From assembly GCF_964355755.1 (NCBI RefSeq), contig NC_092675.1:24462912-24526911 (forward strand): a stretch of 64,000 nucleotides of DNA. Direction: 5' to 3'. The stretch is from Antedon mediterranea (Eukaryota > Animalia > Echinodermata). Shown piece after piece: positions 51,890 through 64,000 of this stretch (positions within the stretch are counted from its first letter, which is position 1; every line of letters starts with the position of its first letter). Made by a program: the position numbers and the translations under genes. Below the pieces are notes generated by a model. That model was not told the origin of the DNA. It worked only from the letters and a program-made list of their open reading frames with translations, and did not search any database.

Positions 51890-52650
51890 AAAAGATAGAT
51901 AGAACTTCAGGAATGATCACGGTCTTACAACAGCACTGAAGATGAAATTAATCAAAACTTGTATGGAGTGTATTTCTTTACGTTAAGAAAGCCAATGCGA
52001 ATCGGATGCTTGCTGCTGAAATGTGGTTCTTAAAAAGATTACTAAAAATCACATGGGAAGAGAAAAGAACAAACAAAACAAGGAACTTGGTGTGAAGAGA
52101 CAACTGCTTTGAGAGATCGTGAAAAGAAAGCTAGCCTACGTTGGCCACATCTTAAGAAGCGGAAGTGCACTAACACTACAGATTTTTTTTTCGTCAACGG
52201 TTATTTTTATTTCAATATGAGATGAATACAGAAAAAGTTCACATAATAGACAATGAAGCAACTAGAATCATATTGAGTATATACACTAAAAGAATAAAAT
52301 ATTCTTGTCACGTAACGTCACGTAAGACCCTTTTTAAACTAAAATCATATATTTAATTAACTACCGGTAAGTAAACAGATAAAGTAAATCAGACAATAAA
52401 CCAAATATCGAATAAATGAAAACAAAATATTAATAAGAAACATCAGTACGACATCATCAGATAATAGAAAGAAGGGTAGAAGGGAAGAGAAAGAGAGGAC
52501 GGCAGAAGAAACAATAGTTTGATAACATCAATGAGTTGACAGGATCGAATTTAGTTCAAGCCAAAACGGACCTGCTTGGAAAAACAAATGAGATGTGAAC
52601 AGATGGTAGCCAATCATCAGTATTGACGACAGCCGAACTTGAACTTGAGT
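51890..52650 (+). mobile_element. Degenerate RTE-clade LINE 3' fragment interrupted by a nested insertion
   Basis: AAEMWFLKRLLKITWEEKRTN..RKLAYVGHILR..LTLQI / then GRVEGKRKRGRQKK; (gaactt)n tail at ~52635-52648. Confidence 0.8.
52184..52457 (-). mobile_element. Poly(A)-tailed retro-insertion inside the RTE fragment
   Basis: T-run at 52183-52191 preceded on the minus strand by aataaa; flanked by cagat direct repeats (52179-52183, 52458-52462) that restore the RTE sequence. Confidence 0.65.
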
Positions 52651-53836
52651 ACGCATTGTGATTGCATTTTTTTATTTTGTGATAAACCCCATGATTATAT
52701 ACCATATATTTCATTTCTTTTGTTGTATATGCAAATAAATCCTCTTGCACTTAATAATGTCATTTCAAGGTAAATAATAAAAGGACACTTCTTGGTGAAA
52801 CAGTCTAATAAATACAATGTAGACTGGGTTTTGGAGTTGCATACATTTGATATATTTATTGTATCTAAAACATAATTAGCATAAAAAAGACTATGGTCAA
52901 CTTTTAAACATAAATATATTATATTAACATATGTATAAAGAATAGTAAAATGAAATATGTACAAGATGAAATAGACTACTAACAACACTAAAGTCAGTAT
53001 TTACATTATTTACAAAAAAAGAATGTTCAGCTCCCAAAACCGCGTAATTCATGTTGGAAAATAGACATTATTACTGTAGGCCTATATTACATTGTTACTT
53101 GGTACATGGCCAAACCATTTTTTTTCCTTTAACAATTTAAATATATTGAAATGTTTTTTAAATAGTTCTACAAATAAAAAAAAAATAATCTGTTTTTTCA
53201 AACTTAATAAATACTTTGTATAAATTAAAAACTTAGAAAAAGTAGTTTTTTATGTTTAAAACTGTTAAATTGATAATACAGTAGTAATACTGTTTGTAAA
53301 ACTTGAAATTAAAAAAGCATTATACGGTTTGTGTTTCAAACCGTTTCTAATATACATGTTCTTATAAAACTTACACTACTTTCTTTGGTGTTTGGAATTT
53401 AAAAAGTCAAATTTATATTGTCATAAAATACAATAAATGTATATTACTGTATAAATCATCAATTGTTTTTAAACTACAGTAATATAAAATGTATGAAATT
53501 AAAAGTAAAAAACACAGGTATGGTACAGTAGGTGTCAACAAAAACAAAGCTAATATGGGTTTAGTTTTACTTTCTGTTGATAATACTGACAATAAAAACC
53601 AACTGACAAACCAGTAATGGTTCGAGTAATAAGGTACGCTAAAATGTAATCTTGCTTTTAAGAAACAGGCACATACCTGCTTCACACTATAGTTTTAGGC
53701 AGTGCAACTTAGCAGAATTGAACACTATGGCTATTATGAAAGCATACAATGGTAATTAGTATTAACATAGCAAATGTCAGAGATTATGCATATAATTATG
53801 CAAATAATTATGCAAAATTAATCAAAACTTGAGATA

Positions 53837-56800
53837 TTAGACCCAATACTGGCTCTTTTTTAATTTAGGAGTATGCATTCCATGAGAGTCATGAGATAGA
53901 CTATAAGACAATGAACCTGTGCCATTTGAATTTATACTTACCATCGACGATTTCTTAATAGAGGACGGAGAAGGAGGACGTCCAAGTGCTGTGACAGTTA
54001 CCTGTGGTACTGCTGGACTTGCCACAGGACGATGTAGTGAACCAGATCCATTGTATGGAAATTCATGCGATGCTGCACTATAATTCACAGCACACACATT
54101 GAGAGGAGGTAAAATACCAGCTCGTCCTGGTATTGTTGAAGCACCCGGGTATGGCCCACCATCCATGTCTGGATATGGCGACTCTCGTCCACTATTACTT
54201 TCCTTTCGCTTTTTTTTCACTACAACTAAAACTACTACAAATATTATGATAAGAAAAGCAATGATTACAATAATGATTGGAATGATAATTGGAAACAGAC
54301 TACTGTCCGAAGGAACATTGTCAATATTCTCTTTAATATACACTGGTAATGTTGTAAGTGGTTCTTCTGTGCCAATATCTTTGGCAACACTTGACAGATC
54401 AAAGTCTGCAACAAAATTAGGCCCAACTACTGTACCACTACCTGTATCAAATGAAGTTGTTTCAAATATTTCTGTAGTAGGTTGAAAGGGAGAGGGGAAT
54501 ATTGTAAAAAATCCATTTAATTGAACAGGTTGGGCTTTTATTGAGCTAACAAGTAAACTGTACATATCAGTCAAAGTTTCATTATCTTCAAGATCAACAT
54601 GATGCATTTCAACAGCAACAAAACCTTCTGTTAGATCCATGAATGTAAATTCTGATAATTGTATCGATGTTGATGCATTTATTATGGCACCATAAGCTGG
54701 GTTATCTACAACGGTAAAGATTAGATCTGTCTCAGTATTTTCCTGAAGCTTGGTTGCACTGATTTGATCTGTAGAAAGTTGGAATGTATCTTCAGTAGTG
54801 ACATTGAAACTGTTAAGAACAAATGCAGGTACAACAGTGATGTTAAGCGAGCACTCTTGAGAAATTGTCTCATCAACTGTTGCAACATATGAGAAACTAT
54901 CACCAGATACAGAAAGATCCCACTGTACGTATTGAACCAGTTCCATGTCAACGTCATCTTGTAAAAATACTGTTACAATTTTTCCTTGCATCACAAAATT
55001 TCCAAATTTAGGTGCTGTAGTAATGTTGTAAGCAAGTTGCAATTTGTTACCATTTGTTGTTGAATTTAAATTGGATCTGTCAAGAAATATTTCAGTATTT
55101 CCTTGAAGAAGAAAAATATCTTTACCAGGCATTACGTCTATTGTGGTTGGAATGACTTTAACACTGAGGAGTTTGAACAAAGGTTTATGAGCACCATCTG
55201 AGACTTCAAAGGTAATGGCACCTGGTGTTGTACTGCCATCCTGAATAAACAGTATATCATGTGCGTTTATGTCTCCTTGTGTGAATGTCATGACATGGAG
55301 CTGTATGTTAGGTTTTAAAGTAATATACCCATTGGTTGGTTGAGTAAGAAGTTTGTATACTATCTGATCTGGTGGAGTGTCTTGATCGATGGTCTGCAAG
55401 TCATTTTTAGTGACAACATATTCTGCTCCTTGTGGAACCTCCATCAATAACTGCTTTGTAACAATCTCAAACATTTCATCATTAACTGGAGTAATAGTAA
55501 TATTAATTAGTTCACTTTGACTAGTAACAACCAAATTCTGTTCATCTACAAGTGCAACTTTGATTTTTATAAAGTCTTTTTCAGTGTCTGAATCATCATG
55601 CACATATGTAATCTCATTCTTTTCTATGTTTTGATTTGTAAAGGTTTCATTTAATTCCATATCAATGTTATTTAACTTGAGAATTCCTTTATTTGGAAGT
55701 TCCGTTACAGCATAAAGAATTTTGAGATTTTCATCTTTTCCATCAGAAAATGATGGAAATGTAAACAGCTTCTCAGTAAACAGATTTGTGACACGAATGA
55801 CAACTTGTTCGCCTTCTGTTACATTCAAACCACTATTATGTATATTCATGCTCTCATTAGCCTGAAGTGGGGTAATAGTAATGTTAACCATTCGATTAGT
55901 GAGGTTTTGTGAAAAAGGAACAAAAACATCAAATCTGAAAGAATCATGTATTGCTGGATTATGTATATCTGTATGTAGATAACATATAGTGCCATTTGAG
56001 ATGTCATTCTGTGTAAACTGGCTAACTTGAAGGTGTGAAGAACTGGTTGCAGAAGTTAATTTTACAATCTCTCCATGCTGAGGATTCTGAGTGATGACAT
56101 AAGTGATTGGATATCCTTGAATTTCCTGATTGGCAGTAACCAGCATGTTATCAATTGTGATTGGTTTTAAAGAGTGAGTACTAACTTTGAAAGGTTGGTT
56201 ACTTGTTAAGCGTATTCTAAGTTCTTTTGCTGTAATGCTGAATATCTGTCGATTTGAAGTGTGGGTACCATCTGTAACATGAAAGGGAAATCCACCCGTA
56301 CAGGAACCTAGAAGAAAAACAAATAAAATGGAAATTACTATTATACAATCAATAAAAGGCATTCAGGCATTATTAATAACATCAGCGTCATAACTGAATA
56401 AAAGTAATAAACTAATTTACAGCACATTTCCAAGAAATCTCTTATTTGGAGTGACATATTTTTTAATGAAACATGTTTATTTATGATTAGTACACATTGA
56501 ATATTGTATTCGGATTTAGTGTATTACCTCTGTGTACAAAAATGACTTTTTCCTCATCCAGATCTTGCTGGGTAAAGGTCAAAATCGATTGGTTCCTGGC
56601 TCCTTTCATAATCAAGTGACCATTATTTGCTGAAGTTAATGTGTACACAAGTTCATTTGGACCAGAATCTTCATCAACGGTTCTTAGTACATCTCCAGAA
56701 AGAATTGCAGTAGAGTTAATGATAACCCCAAGTCCTTTATTTACAAGAACATTTGGTTTGTGATCATTAACAGTTAGCACATTAACCAGCATTTTGTATG

Positions 56801-59800
56801 TGTTGCTGACCTTACCAATTTTGGTGAAATTTGCAATGAAAGAGAAGCTATCAAGCAGGGTATTGCTACCATCATGAACATAGTAGACAAACTCATCTTG
56901 GATATCTTCCTTTGTGAAACTGGTGATGGGAACTCCTGCATTTCTATAGTGATCCAATATTCCATGTGATGGATTTGTAGTCAGTTGGATGATGTAATCA
57001 TCTCCTTCATAGTATGGATGGTCAATACTAATGATTTCTGGTGTTATTGCTTTAGATCCACCTTCTTTCACAGTGATATTGTTAATAGTTAGTGGAATAA
57101 TATGTGGTGCAATTTCAATAGTAAATGTAAGATTATAAAGCATTGATTGTCCATTATTAACATCGTATGTAAATGTATCTTGACTTTTACCTGCATCTTT
57201 GGTTTGAATATATTCTACTCTTCCTTGATTGACATCATGCTGAGTAAAAGTGAATTCTGCATCTCTTCTTTTTCTTGTATGTCTATTGGAGTTTAATTGT
57301 AAAATACCATATCTAGGTAATTTATTCACCATAAAAATAATATCGCCTGGTAAAGAATTCTCATGGTATACTCTAAGGTTTGACTTGCTCAGGACAACAG
57401 CTTTGCCTTGCTCCACAAAAAAGGGCTTGTTCTTAAAAATCTTTGGTGGAACCTGATGACTTTCAACATAAATGCTAATGGTAAGTGATCCATCCGTAAC
57501 TAGATCTCTAGAAACAACAACAAAATCAAATCTATCCTTTAGATTTTCTAGACTATTTGTCTGTTCCGTACTCTGGTACTCAATTTTCTCCAAATACATA
57601 TCTTCAAATGTAAATGATGTAACTGGGGAACCAAGATTCAGGATTTGTCCAAATACTGCAGGTTTCACAATATCAACAACAACATTTTTGTCCTTTATAT
57701 TCATATTTGTTTCAAGTTGCAAGTATGAACCAGTAATAGTAGTGGTAGCACCATGTTTTACAGGCAATTCAGAATTGGTTGTAACAGTGAGAAATGGATC
57801 AGAAGCTATGACTTTAAAATAAGAAGTTGTTAATCGACTTTGATCATCATCTCTAACAACCAACAACATGCGAGCCTCATCCACACCATTGTGCTTAAAT
57901 AGTAACTTTTCTTCATCAATATCTCTCTGGCGAAACCTATATACTTGCGTTTCAACATCATGAACCCAAACAAACTGTCCATTGCGTATTCCCTGTCTTC
58001 TGATTTCAATATCAGCATTATCAAAATTGATATCGTCATCTACAAATTTCAAATCTCTGTTGGTGAGAAGTTTCTTCCCATTCCGAACAACATGAAAAGG
58101 TTTGTCTACAATACGTCTAGGTTTATGATCATTGATCAAAATCACAGTTATATTAAAGTATCCAGGCTGTTGCACTTCATGCATTATTCCGGCTTGGTCA
58201 ACAAATGAAGTTGATGCTAAGAAATTAAATGAGTCATTAAAACCTTCTGAATGATCATGTTGGTAGCGAACAGCACCATCTACAAGATCACTGTTAAAAA
58301 ATGCTGAAATATTTCTAGATACAATTTTAGATGTTGAATCAATCAGCTGCAAAGAACCATGTTGCAAAGTTGATGTTAAAATGAACTCAAAATCCTCATT
58401 TTCCTCTACACTCACATATAATTGTTGAGCAGTTATTAGGCCTGATGCACCTTCTTTAACTGTGATTCCCAAATTTGTCATATTTAGTGGTCCAACTTCC
58501 GACACAAAGGAAAGATTGAATTTTAAGTGTGATGATTGCGCATTAGAAACAAAAGCTTGAAAGAGAAAAGAATCATTAATAGTTTGACCAACATCATCAT
58601 TTATTTTATACTCTATGATTCCATTATTTATATCTCTTTGAGTGAAATTTTGACCAACCATTATTTTGTCTCCATTTTTTAGCAAATGACCCTTCAATGG
58701 AGGTCTGAGTATATTAAATCTTACTGGTGATGGAAAGGGTGCATCTATAACATCTGCTGACAAACTTTCCTGTGTAATCAATCCTTGTCGTTGTTTATTA
58801 AGTGTTAATCCAGTGTTGTTCAAGATTCTAATTTCAGTAATAAGTATATTTACTAAAACTCGTATATCCTCACTGGTTTGATCCAAGCAAGTCGCACGAA
58901 CAGAAAAGGCATCACGCTTTCGACCGGCTCCATAATTATAATTATTAAGAATGTATCGTAACTTGTGTTTATCAATATGCCGTTGAGTGAATATGTTAAC
59001 CTTTTTCCAAAGATTTCCATTTGTATTTTTCTGTATCTCACCATATCGTGGATTAGCAACTATTTCATAGCTTACGTCTAGTTCTTGATTGTTGGCATTT
59101 GATTCTATATCTAAATTCTCTTTTGTTATGATGACAGAATTTCCTGGATTGACACGCAATTTAGTACCATGAATCACAGACAGCTCTAAAGGGACTGCTT
59201 CAATTCGTAATGGCACTGGCCGGCTATATTTAAATCCATCGTTAACACGTAGTGTAACTCTTGATTTATTTGTAGGCCCAGTATGTACAAAAAATACCCT
59301 CCCTGCATTAACATCAGCTTGTGTGAAATCTTTTGTACGTAAATTGTCTACCGTTACATAGCCAATTTTTCTTGAATCTAAAACAGAATATGTTAAATTG
59401 CTTGTGTCTGTATCAGGATCATTAGCATTTAGTTCAGTTGATGACAATACAATGCTGGACCTTCGAATTATTTTAAGAATGTTATCAGATGGTATCAAAA
59501 GTTTTGGTGGGTCATTCACAGGTATTACATTCACATCTAAATTAAATTCTGCATTTTCAAACTGTTCTGGTAAGTTGTTCTTCCCAATCACTTCCAACAC
59601 TAGCTTGATCTTATCTTTGAAATGTTCACTACCATCATGCCGATATGTAATCTTAGAAGAACCACTTAAATCGAGTAGAGTAAATTGCTCCGTTTTATCA
59701 TTCTTCCTTAAAACATATCGATACAATCCACCATGCTTCGGCGGTTTTTGCTGGCGAAACAAAATTTGGGATGGACGTAAACTGTATAACGTAAGGTCAA

Positions 59801-61156
59801 TGTTCAAGCGAATATTATTTGATGTTATAGTGACCCTGCCACCTTCTAGTAATGTCACCGGTTTTGTGCTAATTGGTTCGTTAATGACATCTACTGGAGG
59901 AAGTGTTGTAATTGTTTTAGTTGATTGGGAGATGTATAACGTAGGGTCCATTGTAGTGGTAAAATCTGCATTGCAGCTTTGTGAGGCACAATTACATTCA
60001 TAGTTCTCTGTACCTATATCTGTGCAAAGTTCTTCTGCTTTGCATGGATTATCGTAACAAGGAAATCGGTAAATACATCCCATGCTAACGCCATGTGTAA
60101 CACGTGTATCAGCTAGGGTTAGCTGTTGATTATTTACTTCAATATCACGTATACATCCTTGGAATGAACCACCTCTACTTGAATGCGTTATAGAATGAAT
60201 GCCACTTTGAAGCGCATCAAGACGCGACTTTAGCACAACACCACCGATAAACATCATTTCATTCATGTTAAATATTTCGGAATCAGCTTCCAGCTCTTGG
60301 ACCTCTGCTTCATAATCAACACTAATACTTATTGATGTGTCTGTAAATTCAATGATTAAATAATGCCAATTTGAGTTATCAATTTGTATACTAGAACTGA
60401 AGTCTACAGCACCGCTTCCTCGATTAAAAGTTGTACGTACTTTCCCATCTTTTAATTCTACAGCAATGAAATCCTTCGTGATTCCTCCTTGATAGAGAAT
60501 TAAACCATTTGAAACGGACGTTTTCAACCAACAAGCAAATGAACCTCTTGTTAATATAGCCCATCTTGGCATCTGTAAATATGCTGTGTCCGATAAAAAG
60601 CTTATAGGGTCATTTGGGGCAGCAACAAATTGTGCGCTGCAGTTTGGAGTGATGTCATTTGATGTGGCATCATCAGTTTCCAGAGCCAGCTGGAATACAT
60701 CAATATTATTAAATAAGACATTCTCAATGCAGCCCCTAAATGACTTTTCCACTTTACTTGAATAAGTGTGATTAAAGTGAATTGATGTGCCTCCGATATA
60801 TATTCCATCTGTCACATCAAATACATAATTATTTCCAGGGAGATCCACTATTTTTGAGAATTTTTGATCAACAGAAAGCTTGACTGATCCTTCAAGTTGC
60901 TCAATAGATATCTGATGCCATTCAAGGTCATTGACCTTGATCTTCTGGTCAAGGGTCATATGAATTTCACCAGATCCAACTTGCATCCATACATGTATTC
61001 GGGAAGATTCAATCTGTATTATGCAGTAATCTGTTTGGCCTACAGCCATAAACAATAGTCCTCTTGTACGACTGGTACGGAACTGAAAAGAGATTTCATT
61101 CTCAGATGAGACATCTTCAAGTGGAAGGTGGATGAAACTTGTTCCATAGAATGAAG
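53837..61156 (-). CDS. CSPG4: Chondroitin sulfate proteoglycan 4 (NG2/kon-tiki family), 5' exon not located
   Basis: Exons 56528-61156 (4629 nt) and 53837-56307 (2471 nt), phase-1 GT-AG intron. Begins ASFYG, then two laminin-G domains (FRTSRTRGLLF, SFRGCI, SFQGCI), a Cys-rich EGF-like module, many CSPG repeats (FTQxDI..Y.HD, VND.P), TM IIIPIIIVIIAFLIIIFVVVLVVV-KKKRK and the PDZ-binding end QYWV*. Confidence 0.95.
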
Positions 61157-61409
61157 CTATAATAATAAAAAAAACATGATTATTAGTATACAAATATATA
61201 TTTCTACTAATTAACATACACCATTCACATACTGGCTAAGGGTGGGCTAAAAGTCTTGATTCTTTAAATGTAACAAATTTGTAACACAACAAATCCTGGC
61301 AGATCCAGGATTTGTTGCTTAAAAATTGCATATGTTCTATCTGTATATGTCCTGATTTTTTTCTTCTCACTGACATTAGTAAGCGGGAAGTTAGTGCCTC
61401 ATCGGCAGA

Positions 61410-61786
61410 CTAGTTGTCGATGAAAAGTCACAAACTATTGTGGCGTATGTTATTCCCGCTCACAAGTTTTTTCTCAACCTCTAAAGCCTTGGTACACTCT
61501 TCTACACGGTCAAGCTACCAAGAGAGCGCAGTGGAAATGATATACGTTACCATAGTTTGACTTTTTCAAGCATTCAATTCAATCCATTAAAAACATTTCA
61601 TTAAAAACATTTCAATCAAAACATTTCATTCAAAACAAAACATTAAATTCAAAGCATTTCATTCAAAGCATTTCATTCAAAGCATTTCATTCATATCGCA
61701 TCATTCAATTCATATCGATGCATTTCATTCACATATTGCATCATAAAATACATATCATCGAAATGTTGTGTAAACGGCGTTCCATA
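61410..61786 (+). repeat. Dispersed repeat with 14-bp minisatellite, copy 2, preceded by an inverted copy of its own left end
   Basis: 61530-61786 matches 21935-22262. aaaagtcacaaactattgtggcgtatgttattcccgctc (~61422-61461) is the reverse complement of gagcgggaatgacatacgcc..aatagtttgactttt. Confidence 0.75.
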
Positions 61787-62846
61787 TGCAACAGACATGG
61801 TACTGTGGATAAAAATATGGATTTGAGTTTGAGTAATCTGTTTCACATTTTTGTACAAAATATGGTAATTAGGTATTTAATGACATTTATGTTATGTACA
61901 ATTAAGTTTTATTTGCATTTAAATTTACATAATCTTGGAAATAGCGAACATCTTGATTTCAAAAGCGTAGTCATTTTACATGTAGTAATTGATTTACCTA
62001 GAACAGCTGAGATGATAGCCAACTAAAATAACTACTACTACAGTATAACCCTACAAGTCTCTCACATTTCACCCAATCTCATCTGACATAATAAAGGCAT
62101 GTTGTTTAGTTCTCTGCAATAAGCTGTTTAGGAGTATTTAATTCCATTGGCATACACCCTACTTTTAACAAGAGGCTAGGCCAAGGCCTAAACCATAAAA
62201 TCTTTCGAGACGAGTAGGGAGTTACCCCGGTGTATTACTACATCACAGCCACTGACCACCAACTGGGCCCTCTGGGAGATCAGTCTTTGACTGAAGAGGT
62301 CACCCAGTATAAAGATAAAACAAACAAACAAACAAACACAATTTGTGGAGGCAGTCCATTCCAATTTTGTAGAATAATTATAGACGGCGCACACTACAGG
62401 CTGATTTTCGAAAGTGCCCAGTCAACAGCCTATCCTTGTGTTGCGCGTGTGGTTGTTGCTCATTAAACAAGGATGAACCACATACAACAAAATTCAATGG
62501 GATAATTTACAAGATTGCACTTAAAATGCATAGTTGATGACATAAGAGTTCAATGGAGTAGTTATTGAATATCATCTGACCCACAATCCTCCAATCAAAT
62601 GTCAAGAATCTACTACTATGTTACAATAAAGGAATAAACTCTTTACATTCAAACAATTGTTGTTTATTATACTGGGTAGGGCACTAGGAAAACATTTTTT
62701 TTCGACAAAATGAAGATTTTTTATTTACATTCACCAAAATAAATAATCATTATATATGCCTCTTTTGTTTTTATTTCTTTTATTCCTGTCCACTTAAGCA
62801 GCGCTTGTCTGATATAAATCTATCTATCTTGTCCAAGTACCTTCAC

Positions 62847-63004
62847 TTGCACTGATGAAGGGCTAGTGTTGCCCAAAGGCTCTGCTAACTTTTCTGGCTA
62901 TTTTACTTCATCGTTTTGATTTAGCTTTTCGCTTTTTTTTTTTATCTCCATTGAGATCCAGCCACTGATACCCACAGCATTGTCATTTTTTCAATATTTT
63001 GCCT
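62847..63004 (+). mobile_element. Penelope-like terminal repeat, copy 2 (hammerhead core mutated)
   Basis: ttgcactgatgaagggctagtgttgcccaaaggctctgct...ccattgagatccagccactgatacccacagcattgtc, nearly identical to 44442-44600. Confidence 0.7.
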
Positions 63005-63688
63005 ATATATATATATTCTAAAATATACAGGCAGTACTGTAGAAGACATTTGTATGCCAAAGGTTACAACATTTATATTGAAATACGTTCATCTGGCAAC
63101 AACTCAAACATATCAATATGCATTATTTGCAATTAAGTAAATTAAAACATTGATCTTTCAGCAGGAATTATCTGATAAGTTTCAAATAACATTAAGCTTG
63201 ATACTAATCAACGTGATAGCACATGACCGTACAATCTGGTCTAGTGAATACATTGACATAATTAATAGGATTCAAATTTTACCAATCATAGCGATATTAT
63301 ACATAATAAATAGGACTACAGGGCATTCTAGTTTATAATAAATAAATGCAATTAAAATTACTACTGCATATTATTGAGCTAGTGATGTGTTTTGATTTAA
63401 AGAAGATGACTGCCACCTGGAACTTGATGTTTAATTTCTTTGCAACTCATAACAAAGCTATTCTGGGTTTGCCAAAAAAATGTGCAATAACTTATTAGGT
63501 TACTGAACTGAGGAAAAACACTGGTGCATTGAAACTCATGTTCTTTGTCAACTAAAAAAAATGGTGGAGATTTTGCACTCATTGCACAATGAATTACTAA
63601 CTTGAAGCAAAGCAAACTTCATCCTCAAAAATAATAACTTTTATGTAAATAATTCTTCGTACACATCCGTGTTAGGAAATCAAACTGG

Positions 63689-63945
63689 AACTAAACTCAT
63701 TTTAAAGATAATTAAGTTTTTTTAACCTCTACATTTATACATTATAAATAATTATATTATAATATTATGTGATTACAGTTTTTTAATTAAATGTTATGTT
63801 GTCATTTAAAATCATTTGAAATCAAGCTCGAACTACACTCATTTTAAAGATAATTAAGTTTGTTTAACCTCTACATATTTATATTATAATTATGTTAATA
63901 ATATGCAATATCAGTTTTTTAATTATGTTATGTTGTCATTAAAAC
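63689..63945. repeat. Imperfect ~140-bp tandem duplication
   Basis: gaacta.actcattttaaagataattaagttt.tttaacctctacat occurs at ~63689 and ~63830. Confidence 0.85.
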
Positions 63946-64000
63946 CGAATTGCATGTTCAAGGTTAGTGGTCACCCAGTGAATGACATCAAATAATTATC

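Noticed and set aside
50214-53836. Expected N-terminal kinase exons of myosin III
   Set aside because: No kinase motifs seen; an in-frame stop just upstream of the ATG has no intervening acceptor; the region holds an RTE fossil and the CSPG4 3' end.
59398-60003. 201-aa plus-strand ORF and other ORFs antisense to CSPG4 or the RT (54099, 57250, 57472, 30448, 30745)
   Set aside because: Shadow ORFs opposite real coding sequence, with no recognisable motifs.
61157-61217. ORF-track starts of the 1576-aa and 841-aa CSPG4 ORFs as real starts or separate genes
   Set aside because: The N-terminal residues are intronic polypyrimidine read-through; acceptors at 61157-61158 and 56308-56309 join both ORFs into one gene.

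Overview
AT-rich, intron-rich animal genomic DNA, not prokaryotic. A marine invertebrate deuterostome such as an echinoderm is plausible, but that is inference only. Four genes were rebuilt by hand from GT-AG exons with consistent phases. (1) CCDC112: minus strand, 13 coding exons, 25336-6701, ~489 aa. (2) SPAG8: plus strand, 4 exons, 25677-28484, 199 aa; it sits head-to-head with CCDC112 across a 340-bp gap carrying RFX X-box-like motifs. (3) A kinase-less, class III-like myosin with IQ, SH2 and a tyrosine-motif tail (class XXVIII-type): minus strand, 29 exons, 50213-32557, ~1080 aa. (4) CSPG4/NG2: minus strand, two giant exons 61156-53837; the signal-peptide exon was not found. Introns and intergenic DNA hold L2, Rex1/Babar and RTE LINE fragments, SINEs, Penelope-type repeats with a minimal hammerhead core, a foldback/MULE-like element and many MITEs. 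The most unusual signals are three micro-palindromes with 7-bp target duplications, two of them with exactly 17-nt arms as expected for P-element excision scars; dense TA-GCC/GGC-TA arrays confined to both first introns of the divergent gene pair, possibly accumulated transposon footprints; and an ITAM-like exon just downstream of the myosin SH2 domain.
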